Positions 49,238 to 60,621 of a stretch of DNA of 64,000 bases are shown here, in pieces; position 1 is the stretch's first letter; every line of letters begins with the position of its first letter. Made by a program: the position numbers and the translations under genes. A model generated the notes under the pieces. The model saw nothing but the letters and a program-made list of their open reading frames with translations, was not told the DNA's origin and did not search any database. This stretch comes from Octopus vulgaris (taxonomy: Eukaryota), in assembly GCA_951406725.2 (NCBI GenBank), contig OX597819.1, forward strand, positions 109,306,001 to 109,370,000, given 5' to 3'.

Positions 49238-49306
49238 CAAAAGAAATGTAGCAATGGCAATATCTTCATAGACAAACTTCTTGGGGTCAGTTCTTTCTGG
49301 CCATTC
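49238..49306 (-). CDS. TRMT44: TRMT44 exon 4
   Basis: EWPERTDPKKFVYEDIAIATFLL; cag / gtaagc boundaries. Confidence 0.95.
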
Positions 49307-51701
49307 CTGAAACAAAGAGGTCAAAATTACAAATTGAAACTGTCAATAACAACAACAACAACAATAATACTGAAATTGAAGTTCTGAAGGTATTTCTTGT
49401 TTAGCCCCAGTCAGACTTGACTGCACAGAGCTATGATCAGTAGCCTTAACCATCTCATCTTTTCAACAGACCCAGGCTTTTGAAAGGTGAGTCCACTCAA
49501 TAAGATGATTCTAGTAACTACAATCTTGTTTTGACAGTTTTATCTCTCAAATTAAAAGATATATGTAACTGAAAACATAACTAAATAAAAAAGCGGTTAT
49601 TTACCAAAAGCATTTGCTGTGACTCTGGTTCTGCTTTGACCCTTCAGCATTCAGATTACTCTCTCAAATGTAATGTTTATTTATTCATATTGTTTTGAAT
49701 TAATCTTACCTTTTCTTGTAGTTTCAAGATTTTGATGATGTGATTGTTTATTTTTAGAGTGATATTTAAGGATAAGTGTGAGAGGCTGGATTTGGCCAGC
49801 TTGGGCATTGAACAGGTAAAATATTTGCTCTGGACATGGCGAGTTTAAATGCCAAAGGATTAAATTGATTTAAACTGAAATCTATCAAAATTTCACAATA
49901 ATTTGTTCCAAACACCAGCTTAATAACGACAAAGTTATTTTACTAAGTTCTTTGTTTTTTAAAAATTAATTGTCACAAAGTTAGTGTATTTCAGAAGAAA
50001 TATGGTAACAATAGCTAATGAGATAATTGATGCTGTTTTCTTAATACTATGTTCCAAATTTCAATTCACGGGATGCTTTTAAGAGTAAATCATGTATCTA
50101 AAAAGCATCTAAAAATTTAGACTGTACTTGTAGATTTGAAGATCACTTGGAAATTTTATAAATTTATCTCTGCCAACCTTATTACGAGTAAATATATATT
50201 TTACACTGTTACATCTTGGAATTCTGAACTTGGTTCATGGAGCTTCAGTATTATCTTTGTAGATCCCCAGCATCCTTAGGCAACAAAATTTATCTTGAAG
50301 GCCAGTTGAATGGATGGTAGGAAAATAGGAGGTAGGAGCAATATAGAAGACCCAAGGGGGTACAATGATTGGATAAAGGGTTTAGAATGGGGTGTGTAGA
50401 TTAGTGAAAGGTCAGGGTAAAAGAAGTGGACAAAGGAGGTACATATTGACAAGTATACGTATTACAAAATGTGTTAGTGGATGTTGCTGTTTAAACTCAA
50501 TTTAATTCTGTTTGAGCAAATATATGATGAAAGCCATTCCAGCCATGACCTTCATGTCATTCAATTGACAATTTATATCTAAGATTATTTGATCAAATAA
50601 ATCGTTGTTGTTTAATTTCATGTAAATATTAATCAAAACAGATTTATAATCAAGATAGAGCTATCATCACCACTTTTTTTCCATAGTTTAGCTACAACCA
50701 AATTATCTCACATCTTATTCTCTTTCAATCTTGTAGGACGTATCTGAAGATGCCTTGGCTGCTATTTCTATGGTTTTTATTTAATCACTCCATCTCTCTG
50801 GATCTCTGAACTTGTTCCTAATTTTTCAGCTATCCACACAATGAATCTTCAAGACTTTGAGCCAACAAGGGAACCTCTACATATTCACCCAATCTAACCG
50901 AAATAGCAGCCAGTACTCACTTCATTGACATAGATATTTGAAGCCCATTAGAGAGGTTCACTTGTGTTGTAGGTATGCTTAAATACGGTCCTTGGACTTT
51001 TGCATAAACAAACTCACACACCAGGGTGTCTTAAGGGTATTAGGCATAGACCTGTATCAGTTCACCAAATTATGGTTACTTTGACAAGGTATCTATACAC
51101 ATGCAGTTGGTGAATCATTCAAGTTGATGGAGCAGTTACTAGTATAGAGAACACTCGATACTTTATGAGAGGTCACTCAGTTGTAAGAGGTCATTCAACT
51201 TTAAGGGATCACTCTGTTGTGATAGGTCAGTCAACTGTGAGGGATCACTTAGCAGTACAGAGTTGGTTTAATGTTGCTATGTATCCCTCAGATCACATTC
51301 TAACATGTTAAAAAGTGAAGGGCATATTAGATAAATTTCTAGATAGACTAGATGGCTATGGCTGGAACATCTTGATCAGTGTCAGCCTGAGATTAACAAT
51401 AATATATTAATCCATTAGTCAACAAGAAAGCCACTGTATGTTTGACTGACATGCTAGAAATAGCCACCAAATCTCTCTGAAATCACACTTTATTGTCTTA
51501 AAAAATGTAAGGACGTATAACTGAAGACCTATTACTAAAAACAAAAGGTAAGATATTTTTGACAGGACTGCCTTTGATCATATGTCTGCTAGATTTGGGA
51601 TTGACTGGCAGATGATGAGGATGATGATGATGACACTGCCACCAACAACAACAGCAGTGAATTAGTTCACACATTATTTCACTTCAGTTCAAGGATCTTA
51701 C

Positions 51702-51918
51702 CTCAATCAGCTTAGGACCATATTTAGCCTTTAGGTGGTTGTAGAGCTGGTTGTAGGCCTCAACTGATACAGTTCTGAGTGACAATGTATCAGTACGCAA
51801 GGTTTCTGCTCCAGACCAGCGAGCTACTTTACATAAGAGACGCTTCTCTAACCAGAAATAAGTCATTGAAGCCAGTGAAGGATCATCTTTTATAGCTTTG
51901 CAGATTTTAAGTTCAATC
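51702..51918 (-). CDS. TRMT44: TRMT44 exon 3
   Basis: WLEKRLLCKVARWS..SLRTVSVEAYNQLYNHLKAKYG; cag / gtaaga boundaries. Confidence 0.92.
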
Positions 51919-52398
51919 CTGGATTGTAGAAGAAAAACAAAGGAAAAGAACCAAAAAGAAATTAATAAATAAATTGTCAATAATATCATCAATAACATTA
52001 AAATTTCTACATTTGGTTCTATAACATCCTTAAACTGTGAAATTAAATTTCATGGTTATTTCAGTAATGATGTTAAATATTTACACCCCCTCCTAAAAAA
52101 AAAAAAAATTGGCATTTTCTGAAAGTTACATTGTTTCAGTAAATAGTTTCAAATATGACATTCAGCAACAAAAGATAGATTGGTATATAAAACTGCTTTC
52201 TGCAGTTAAGGGTAATGAAATTTTGAGTGGATATATCTGATTTCAGCTGTAATAATACACTCCATATATTACAATCTTATAGGAAGAAAATGACAAAATT
52301 GAAAGCTTGAATGAGCTCAAAAGATTCCTTATGTTTGACCAACATTATTGCATGCAGGCGATTATACTATATGACTGTTGTTGCAGAATTATTGATAT

Positions 52399-52730
52399 TT
52401 AGCCCTTTTGATACCAACCCACTTGAGACAGCACCTGGTTCTAGGATATCAACTTCATGTTTTAAAGTGAAATTAAAATCTCTTATTACAATTTCATGTT
52501 AGTTTATGTTCGAAGCACCGACTTAGTAATTATAAAGTTATTTTACTAAATTTTTCATTATCTTCAAAATTAAAAGAAACCTGGTTTGTCAGCTTGTCTA
52601 TTGTTCTACAATAGTGACGTCATCTTGGAAATCTCCAGCATGCATGCACAGAGTTGGATTCTAGTCATTGTATTTCAATGACTAGGTTTGCGACCATATT
52701 TCTGCAGAAATATGGTAGCAAAAGGGTTAA
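52399..52730. mobile_element. piggyBac-like MITE
   Basis: ttag-CCCTTTTGATACC .. GGTAGCAAAAGGG-ttaa termini. Confidence 0.55.
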
Positions 52731-53516
52731 ATAATGTGTGCACGAGTGTGAATGTATTTGAAGGTGCTTAGTGTAGTTGTTAGGATGTTGGACTTGTGAA
52801 TATAAGATAGTGGGTTCAATTCCTGAACTCGGTGGCACCTTGTTTCCTTGAGTAAGACACTTCATTTCACATTGCTCCAGTCCACTCAGCTGAAAAATGA
52901 GTACCAGTGACTGTTGGAAGTCTGAACCTTGCAAAGACTTGTCATCCTGTTCAAGGGGTAGTCATGCTCACCCAGTTGCTTAAATACTCCAAAAGACTGG
53001 GATAAGCTCTGCTTATGACCTTGTTTATTCATCTACTTTACATCTATTTTTTTCATGCCTGCAAGGGTTGGATAAATACATATTACTGAGTAATTGTTTT
53101 ACAGATGGATGCCCTTTCTGTCATTAACCTTTACCTGTTTTTGAAGGGAGTTTTCTTATTCTACTGATCATTAAAAGTGTAGAGCTAGATCATGATTTTG
53201 TTGGCAACACAGAGTTTTGCTCATTTGTTTACTGTGGATATGCTTATTATTCCAACAAAGGCACAATAACATTTGCCAATGAAGTGTGCTTCAAACACAC
53301 TCAAGGTGAACTTGTCCCACAATAAAGACTGGTTAGATTGTAGAACAATAGACTATATATCAAGCTGACAAACCAGGTTTCTTTTACTCTACTATCCAAC
53401 ATGTGGGATCTGTGGTTCTCCATGGAAGTCAGTTAGCTTCTTGGATGACTTGGGCTAGAAGAAGAAGACTTTATCTGGTACAACAACAACAACAATAACA
53501 ACATATATTTTGTTAC

Positions 53517-53640
53517 CTGTTGCTTGAGTCTGATGCCAAAAACATGAAACTGTATGGCATATCATTGTCAACAGAGAGGCAAGCACCTTCTTTATCAAAC
53601 CGGGCAATTGGATAAAAATGGAATTCCTGACGTTGTTGAT
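53517..53640 (-). CDS. TRMT44: TRMT44 exon 2
   Basis: tttcag| acceptor and |gtaac donor; DQQRQEFHFYP..PYSF; phases 1 and 2 bridge exons 1 and 3. Confidence 0.8.
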
Positions 53641-53692
53641 CTGAAAACAGATGAGAAAAAAAATTCTTACATAAGAGGTAACCCATAATGCT

Positions 53693-53761
<69 letters not shown>

Positions 53762-53814
53762 AGGTAGAACTTAATTTGATGTAAGGGTTGCTTTACAGTT
53801 AATTGTTCACTTAC

Positions 53815-54445
53815 CGTAGGTAATCACTTCCCGTAGGATTTGATGTAAATCCAGATTTCTCGGTAGCAAGTCCCGAACGAAAATAACCAGATCTTCCGGG
53901 GACGTGGTAAGGTCTTCCATCTGCACATCGGTGTAATGATCTTCAACATTATCGTCATTTGAACAGTGTCCATTTAATCCACGTGTAACATCTTTTTCTG
54001 TAAAGTGTTTACTTTTCTCCCTTGTAACATTGTTTTCGTTCGTATGATGTTCACTTCTCACAGCCTCTTCGCTCGTAAAATCAACATTGTCTTGCCGTTT
54101 TTCAATGCCTCTTTGAATAGAGGATTCACCCGTCCAGCGTGTTGAATGGACGAATCTGTTCTTTACTGTATCCAAGAATTTTCGGGTTTCTTCCCTGGTC
54201 GTAATACGAGGGTAAGAAAATGTGGCGATCAACCGTGAACCGATCAAGCGTCGGTTGACAACGTGTGGTTTGTTGAGCCAGACTAGAATAGCGGCAACGA
54301 AACCGGACTCAGACTTTGCTGAGGTAGACTCTGAAGCTTGTCGAAGTGGACATTGTAGACATTGTGGACAATGTGACCATTCTGGTGTCGTCATCTTGGT
54401 AGATGGCTTCGTTTGGTCAGTTTTGTTTATATCGTTCCTACACAT
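53815..54445 (-). CDS. TRMT44: TRMT44 exon 1 (alternative start ATG at 54394 with better Kozak context). Full CDS about 723 aa.
   Basis: GFVAAILVWLNKPHVVNRRLIG resembles the TRMT44 N-terminal motif; G|GTAAGT donor at 53814. Confidence 0.85.
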
Positions 54446-55658
54446 GCACAAGACATGACACCAAAGACATAATGCAAGACAAGGGAAATAACTCTAAATG
54501 CCTATTCTATTACCTCCCTTCACTCTAATTTAGAAGATACTTTCATACTACAATCAACAAAATGAGGGAGCCTCGTGGTTGCTCGATCTGCTAGAATTAG
54601 CAGCTAAATATCCCTGAAATCTCACCCGATTGCCTTAATTAAATAAGGAATACGTAAAAAGATAAAACATCTATCCATCCATGATTGCATGCATGTATGA
54701 GCATGCATGCATACATACATACATAAATACATACATACATACACACACACATATACATAGAGTGTCAACTTCCTCATCAGATGGAATATTTAATAGTCTG
54801 AAGTTGCCAAACTACGAACAAGATTCAGTTAAGGTTCTTCTCTCATCCCAAATATGTTATTGTGTATAGGTTTGGCTTCTTCGAGTGAAGGGAAATGAGC
54901 ATAACCGGATTTCTCCAGCTGACGTAAATATTTTTCTTCCCGCAGCGAAAATAGTATTTCTAACGTAAAACTCTGACTGGATCAGCGAACGTTGCACGGG
55001 CTTTAGTCGAATATATGTTTGAGACTCAAAACTTATTCCCATACATTAACTCTGCTTCGAGTCGCGTCCATTTGAATCAAATGGGACAGAAGCAATTTGA
55101 GGTAAAGGGACACGGCCCAATGGTATTTTACATCGGTATGCTCCCGCACGCCTTCACACACACAGACACAGACACAGACACAAAGACACACACACAGACA
55201 CACACACACAGACACACACACACAAACACAGACACACACACACACACACTGGGATTGAACCCTGAGCTACGTGATGGTGAAACGAATTTGCTTATCTTAT
55301 GAAAGATAACCTATGTAGGAACATTTATAGAGAACTGAGAAACTAATAGGTTTTATATCCAGGTTTTAATTTGTTCTTACTATCATAGATAGATTGGGCT
55401 ACATAACAAAAGATTTACATAGAACTCTAAATGCTTGACACTACAAAAAAAAAAAAAAAATGAGAAAGTACGGGGTAAACTGATCCACTTTCTCCAGATA
55501 CAATAGATAAGAAGAACAGTGAAGATTGGTATGATATTTCGGGGATTCTCCATTTGTTATTCCCCTCCATACACACGCAAGCATGTTACGGCGACATAAA
55601 CACACCAGCATCGGTTGTCAAGCAATGTTGGGAGGACAAACACAGACACACACACACA

Positions 55659-55735
<77 letters not shown>

Positions 55736-55890
55736 GACGGGCTTCTTTCAGTTTCCGTCTACCAAATCTACTCACAAGGCTTTGGTCGGCCCGAGGCTAT
55801 AGTAGAAGACATTTGACCAAGGTGCCACACAGTGGGACTGAACCCAGAATCTTGTGGTTGGTAAGCAAGCTACTTACCAAACAGCCACTC

Positions 55891-55969
<79 letters not shown>

Positions 55970-55974
<5 letters not shown>

Positions 55975-56253
55975 ATCACGTGACCGACCAGGCTATCAGA
56001 TGTTGCTACACATCGCTGGTCACAATGCGCTTCGCATTGTTTTAGCCTTCCAATGACGCCACCCCGCTGGCTGAGCGAGCAGGCCAACAGAAGAAAGAGT
56101 AAGAGAAAGTTGTGGCAAAAGAGTACAGCAGGGATCGCCACCACCCCCTGTCGGAGCCTTGTGGAGCTTTTAGGTGTTTTCGTTCAATAAACACTCACAA
56201 CGCCCGGTCTGGGAATCGAAACCGCGATCTTACGACCGTGAGTCCGCTGCCCT
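55970..56253 (-). mobile_element. SINE family C copy (5'-clipped) with a third type of tail
   Basis: Shares gggcagcggactc..ggtttcgattcccagaccgggcgttgtgagtgtttattga..ccacaactttctct with the 18076 copy. Confidence 0.8.
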
Positions 56254-56521
56254 ATATATATATATATATATATATATAAATTAGGGAATGGAGTTGATAA
56301 AATCCAGGTTACATGTGCTTCATAGCGGAAGCTCTGAGGTGGTAAATTATCGAAACGATGCGTAGACTGCAAGCTGCTTTTCGGGCCAAGGATACTTTGA
56401 TTATAAGAAGTTTATACTGTCGTTGGGAGATTTCGTGTTAACTCATTGGGAATTAGCTCGGATTTTATCTACTCCGTTCCCTAATTTTTGAATGTTTATT
56501 CGCATATGCAACAACCCCTGT

Positions 56522-56675
56522 ACATTATGTACACTATTTACATTCGACGGATATTTGTCCTCATCTTGTTTGTTGTTAATACAACGTTTCGGCTGATACA
56601 CCCTCAAGCTTTCTTAAGGTCTCTTGGGGAAATTTCGAACCTGGGTTCCCATTCCTAAGGTATTTTTCGATGTTG

Positions 56676-56743
<68 letters not shown>

Positions 56744-56774
56744 GTTGTTATTATTATTATTGTTATTATTATTA

Positions 56775-56827
<53 letters not shown>

Positions 56828-57091
56828 GTTCAGGTCACTGCTTGGAATCGAACTCGGAATCTAGGGGTTAGTATCCCGCGCTCTTAACCACTACGCCGTA
56901 TGCCCACGAGCATATGGCGTAGTGGAATGAGAACCCAGGTTCGAAATTCCCCCGAGACTCCTGAAGAAGGCTGGAGGGTATATCAGCCGAAACGTTGTTT
57001 TAACAACAAACATGATGGAGACAAATACCCGTCGAATGTAAATAATATAAATAATGTACATAATTCCTCATCTCTTAAATACAGAACTGTA
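56522..57091. mobile_element. Palindromic tRNA-head plus hammerhead-ribozyme element, copy 2 (expanded (ATT)n; deletion in right arm)
   Basis: Same arms and centre as 32976-33466, opposite orientation; TSD CAACAACCCCTGT (56509-56521, 57092-57104). Confidence 0.85.
56956..57001 (+). ncRNA. Minimal type I hammerhead ribozyme motif (catalytic core intact, helix I weakened)
   Basis: CTGAAGA-a-GGCTG[gagggtatat]CAGCC-GAAA-CG-TT. Confidence 0.6.
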
Positions 57092-57246
57092 CAACAACCC
57101 CTGTTGCTAACCGTGAACTATACAGTTAACTTTCTGCGTCGATAAACTACTAGTGTTCCTGAAAGTTGCTTTTTTCATATCTTCTACAGATTGCTTGAAG
57201 CTCACTAACTTTGTACACTTTGATCCTTGGATCTAACCTTTTCATA

Positions 57247-57680
57247 TCCATCCATCCATCCACCCATCCATCCATCCATCCATCCACCCACCCACCCACC
57301 CATCCATCCACCCACCCATCCACCCTCCCATTCATCCATCCATCCACCCTCCCATCCATCCATCCATCCATCCATCCATCCATCCACCCACCCACCCACC
57401 CATCCACCCATCCATCCATCCATCCATCCATCCATCCATCCATCCATCCATCCATCCATCCATCCATCCATCCATCCATCCATCCATCCATAAACTGATC
57501 ATGAAACTAATACACGTTGTCGTTCCTTCACCTGTTCCTGTCTTCTGTTTTTTGTTTTTTGTACAATTTTGAACTAAACACACGTATGCACGTACGTACG
57601 CACGCATACCTACCTATGTATGTATGTATGTATGTATGTATGTATGTATGTATGTATGTATGTATGTATGTATGTATGTA

Positions 57681-57711
<31 letters not shown>

Positions 57712-57760
57712 AGGTATGTATGTATGTGTCTGTGTGTGTATGTATGTATGTATGTATGTA

Positions 57761-57791
<31 letters not shown>

Positions 57792-57930
57792 AGGTATGTA
57801 TGTATGTGTGTGTATGCATGTGCGTGTGTATGTATGTGCGTGTATGTATGTATGTATGTATGTATGTATGTATGTATGTATGTATGTATGTATGTATGTA
57901 TGTATGTATGTGTATGTATGTATGTATGTA
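57247..57930. repeat. (CCAT)n/(CCAC)n array at 57247-57491 and (TATG)n array at 57614-57930
   Basis: Directly visible. Confidence 0.95.
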
Positions 57931-58151
57931 TCTTTTACCTTCTGCTTCTTTCAGTCATTAGACTGCAGCCACGCTGGGGCACCGTCTTGAAAGATTTAGT
58001 GCAATAAATCGACCCCAGTACTTTTTTCTATCGGTTTCTTTCACCAAACCGCTACGTTACATGGACGTAAACACACCAGCACCGGTGGTCAAGTGGTGGT
58101 GGTGGTGGTGGGACAAACACTTACACAAAGACACAGGCATAGATACACACA

Positions 58152-58199
<48 letters not shown>

Positions 58200-58854
58200 T
58201 ATATACGACGGGCTTCTTTCAGTTTCCGTGTATCAAACCCACTCACAAGGCTTTGGTCACCAGCCCCAAAGTTCCACGCAGTGAAAAAGAACCCGGATCC
58301 ATGTGGATGGGAAACACACGTCCTATTACACAGCAACACCTGCGCCAAGCCATTCACCCTAACGGCTTAAACAACAATAACAACATCAAAATCTCGCACT
58401 AAGATCCTACTGCATCACTCTCGCTATCATTGACAATCCCAACGTGCTGCACAGGGTAGTATACCCGTTTTTTTTCCTATTTGTCTATATTGACAATGTC
58501 ATCGTCGTGTCATCAATGTTTTTCCTTTTTTTATATTTCTCGATAACAGGTTTATCTGGTTTCATGTTAAGTTGTTTTAGATGTTTCATTAATGAAATTG
58601 TATATTCAGTGACCTAAATCTATAGTTTTCTTTTGACCTGGACAGGAAACAACACTGCATTCAGAAAAGAATATTGTCGATTGAATCAATCTCGAAATGT
58701 CATTGTTATCTAATTTTATCGATCCCTTGAAGGACTGAAGGAAGAGGGTGTTTTGAACTCAAGTTGAGGACGTAGTAGCAATGCTTATTGTAGGAATATA
58801 ATAAATCTAACGATTAAACTGGATTGTCTTTATCCTTTTCGTTACAATGTTTCT

Positions 58855-59510
58855 TATTTCTTTACTGCCCACAAGGGGCTAAACATAGAGAAGACAAACA
58901 AGGACAGACAAACGGATTAAATCGATTACATCGACCCCAGTGCGTAACTTGTACTTAATTTATCGACCCCGAAAGGATGAAAGGCAAAGTCGACCTCGTC
59001 GGAATTTGAACTCAGAACGTAACGGCAGACGAAATACCGTTCAGCATTTCGCTCGTCGCGTTAACGTTTCTTATTTCTTTATTGCCCACAAGGGGCTAAA
59101 CGTAGAGGGGACACACAATGACAGACAAACGGATTAAGTCGATTACATCAACCCCAGTGCGTAACTGGTACTTAATTTATCGACCCCGAAAGGATGAAAG
59201 CAAAGTCGACCTCGGCGGAATTTGAACTCAGAACGTAACGGCAAACGGAATACTGCTAAGCATTTCGCTCGTCGCGTTAACGTTTCTTATTTCTTTATTG
59301 CCCACAAGGGGCTAAACGTAGAGGGGACACACAAGGACAGACAAACGGATTAAGTCGATTACATCGATCCCAGTGCGTAACTGGTACTTAATTTATCGAC
59401 CCCGAAAAGATGAAAGCAAAGTCGACCTCGGCGGAATTTGAACTCAGAACGTAACGGCAGACGAAATACTGCTAAGCATTTCGCCCGGCGTGCTAATGTT
59501 TCTGCCAGCT
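58855..59510 (-). mobile_element. SINE family B tandem trimer
   Basis: Three near-identical units of about 217 bp; flanking cgttacaatgtttct / cgttaccatgtttct. Confidence 0.88.
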
Positions 59511-60201
59511 CGTTACCATGTTTCTGTTGGCATACACTGCTTTTGTTTCAATTAACTTTGAAAATAATGAAAAATTTCGTAAAATAACTTTGTTATTATT
59601 AAGATGGTGTTTCTCAAATTTCGTTGAGGTCGACTTTGCCTTTCATTCTTTCAGAGTCGATACAATAAGTACCAGTGAAACACTGGGATGGGTGTAATCG
59701 ACTAACCGTCTTCTCCAACATTTTAGGCGTTGTGCCTATAGTAGAATTATTAAGGATAATTTAGGATTATTAAAATGGTGTTTGGAACATAAATTAGCGG
59801 GAAATTTTGATTGACACTTTAATGTACGTAGATCACTTTGTACTAAGAAGTTTGCCTCTTAGAACAATAGGCGGTTTCAAGCGCGTTGATATCGAAAGGT
59901 TTAAGGTTTTTAACGGAGATTTTTACTTTAGATTATCAACCCGTATTATTTTATCAACTCTCATCGTTGCCTGTGAAGGAGATAAATGTGATCCAAGATG
60001 AATTGTACCTCCTCCCGGCTGCAGGAGGTTGCCGGAAGTCCAATATGTTTCAAGCCGCCTTAAAGTTAACTGTTACAGCTTGCTTTTTTTCTCAGCCTTT
60101 ATCTTCATAGATTCTCCACAAGATACTAAGACAGTGCAGACAAGTCGTTCTATAGCTGCTAATGAGCTTAATCTACCGTTCTTCTAGGCAGAATTAAGAT
60201 T

Positions 60202-60621
60202 TTGAAGGCGGCGAGTTGGCAGAAACGTTAGTACGCCGGGTGAAATGCTTAGCGGTATTTCGTCTGCCGCTACGTTCTGAGTTCAAATTCCGCCGAGGTC
60301 GACTTTGCCTTTCACCCTTTCGGGGTCGATTAAATAAGTGCCAGTTACGCACTGGGGTCGATATAATCGACTTAATCTCTTTGTCTGTCCTTGTTTGTCC
60401 TCTCTGTGTTTAGCCCCTTGTGGGTAGTAAGGAAATAGGTATTTCGTCTGCCGCTACGTTCTGAGTTCAAATTCCGCCGAGGTCAATTTTGCCTTTAATC
60501 TTTTAGGAGTCGATAAATTAAGTAGCAGTTACGCACTGGGGTCGATGTAATCGACTTAATCCGTTTGTCTGTCCTTGTTTGTCCCCTCTATGTTTAGCCC
60601 CTTGTGGGCAATAAAGAAATA
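60202..60621 (+). mobile_element. SINE family B dimer with a single TSD (another partial multimer at 62537-62783)
   Basis: TSD AGAATTAAGATT at 60190-60201 and 60622-60633. Confidence 0.88.

Noticed and set aside
54870-54923. Possible plus-strand exon (tatag|..gac|gtaaat) upstream of TRMT44
   Set aside because: Weak splice sites, no recognisable peptide and no partner exons
55015-58402. Many ORFs rich in HT, VC, YI, poly-I/L and MDGW
   Set aside because: Translations of microsatellites and SINEs
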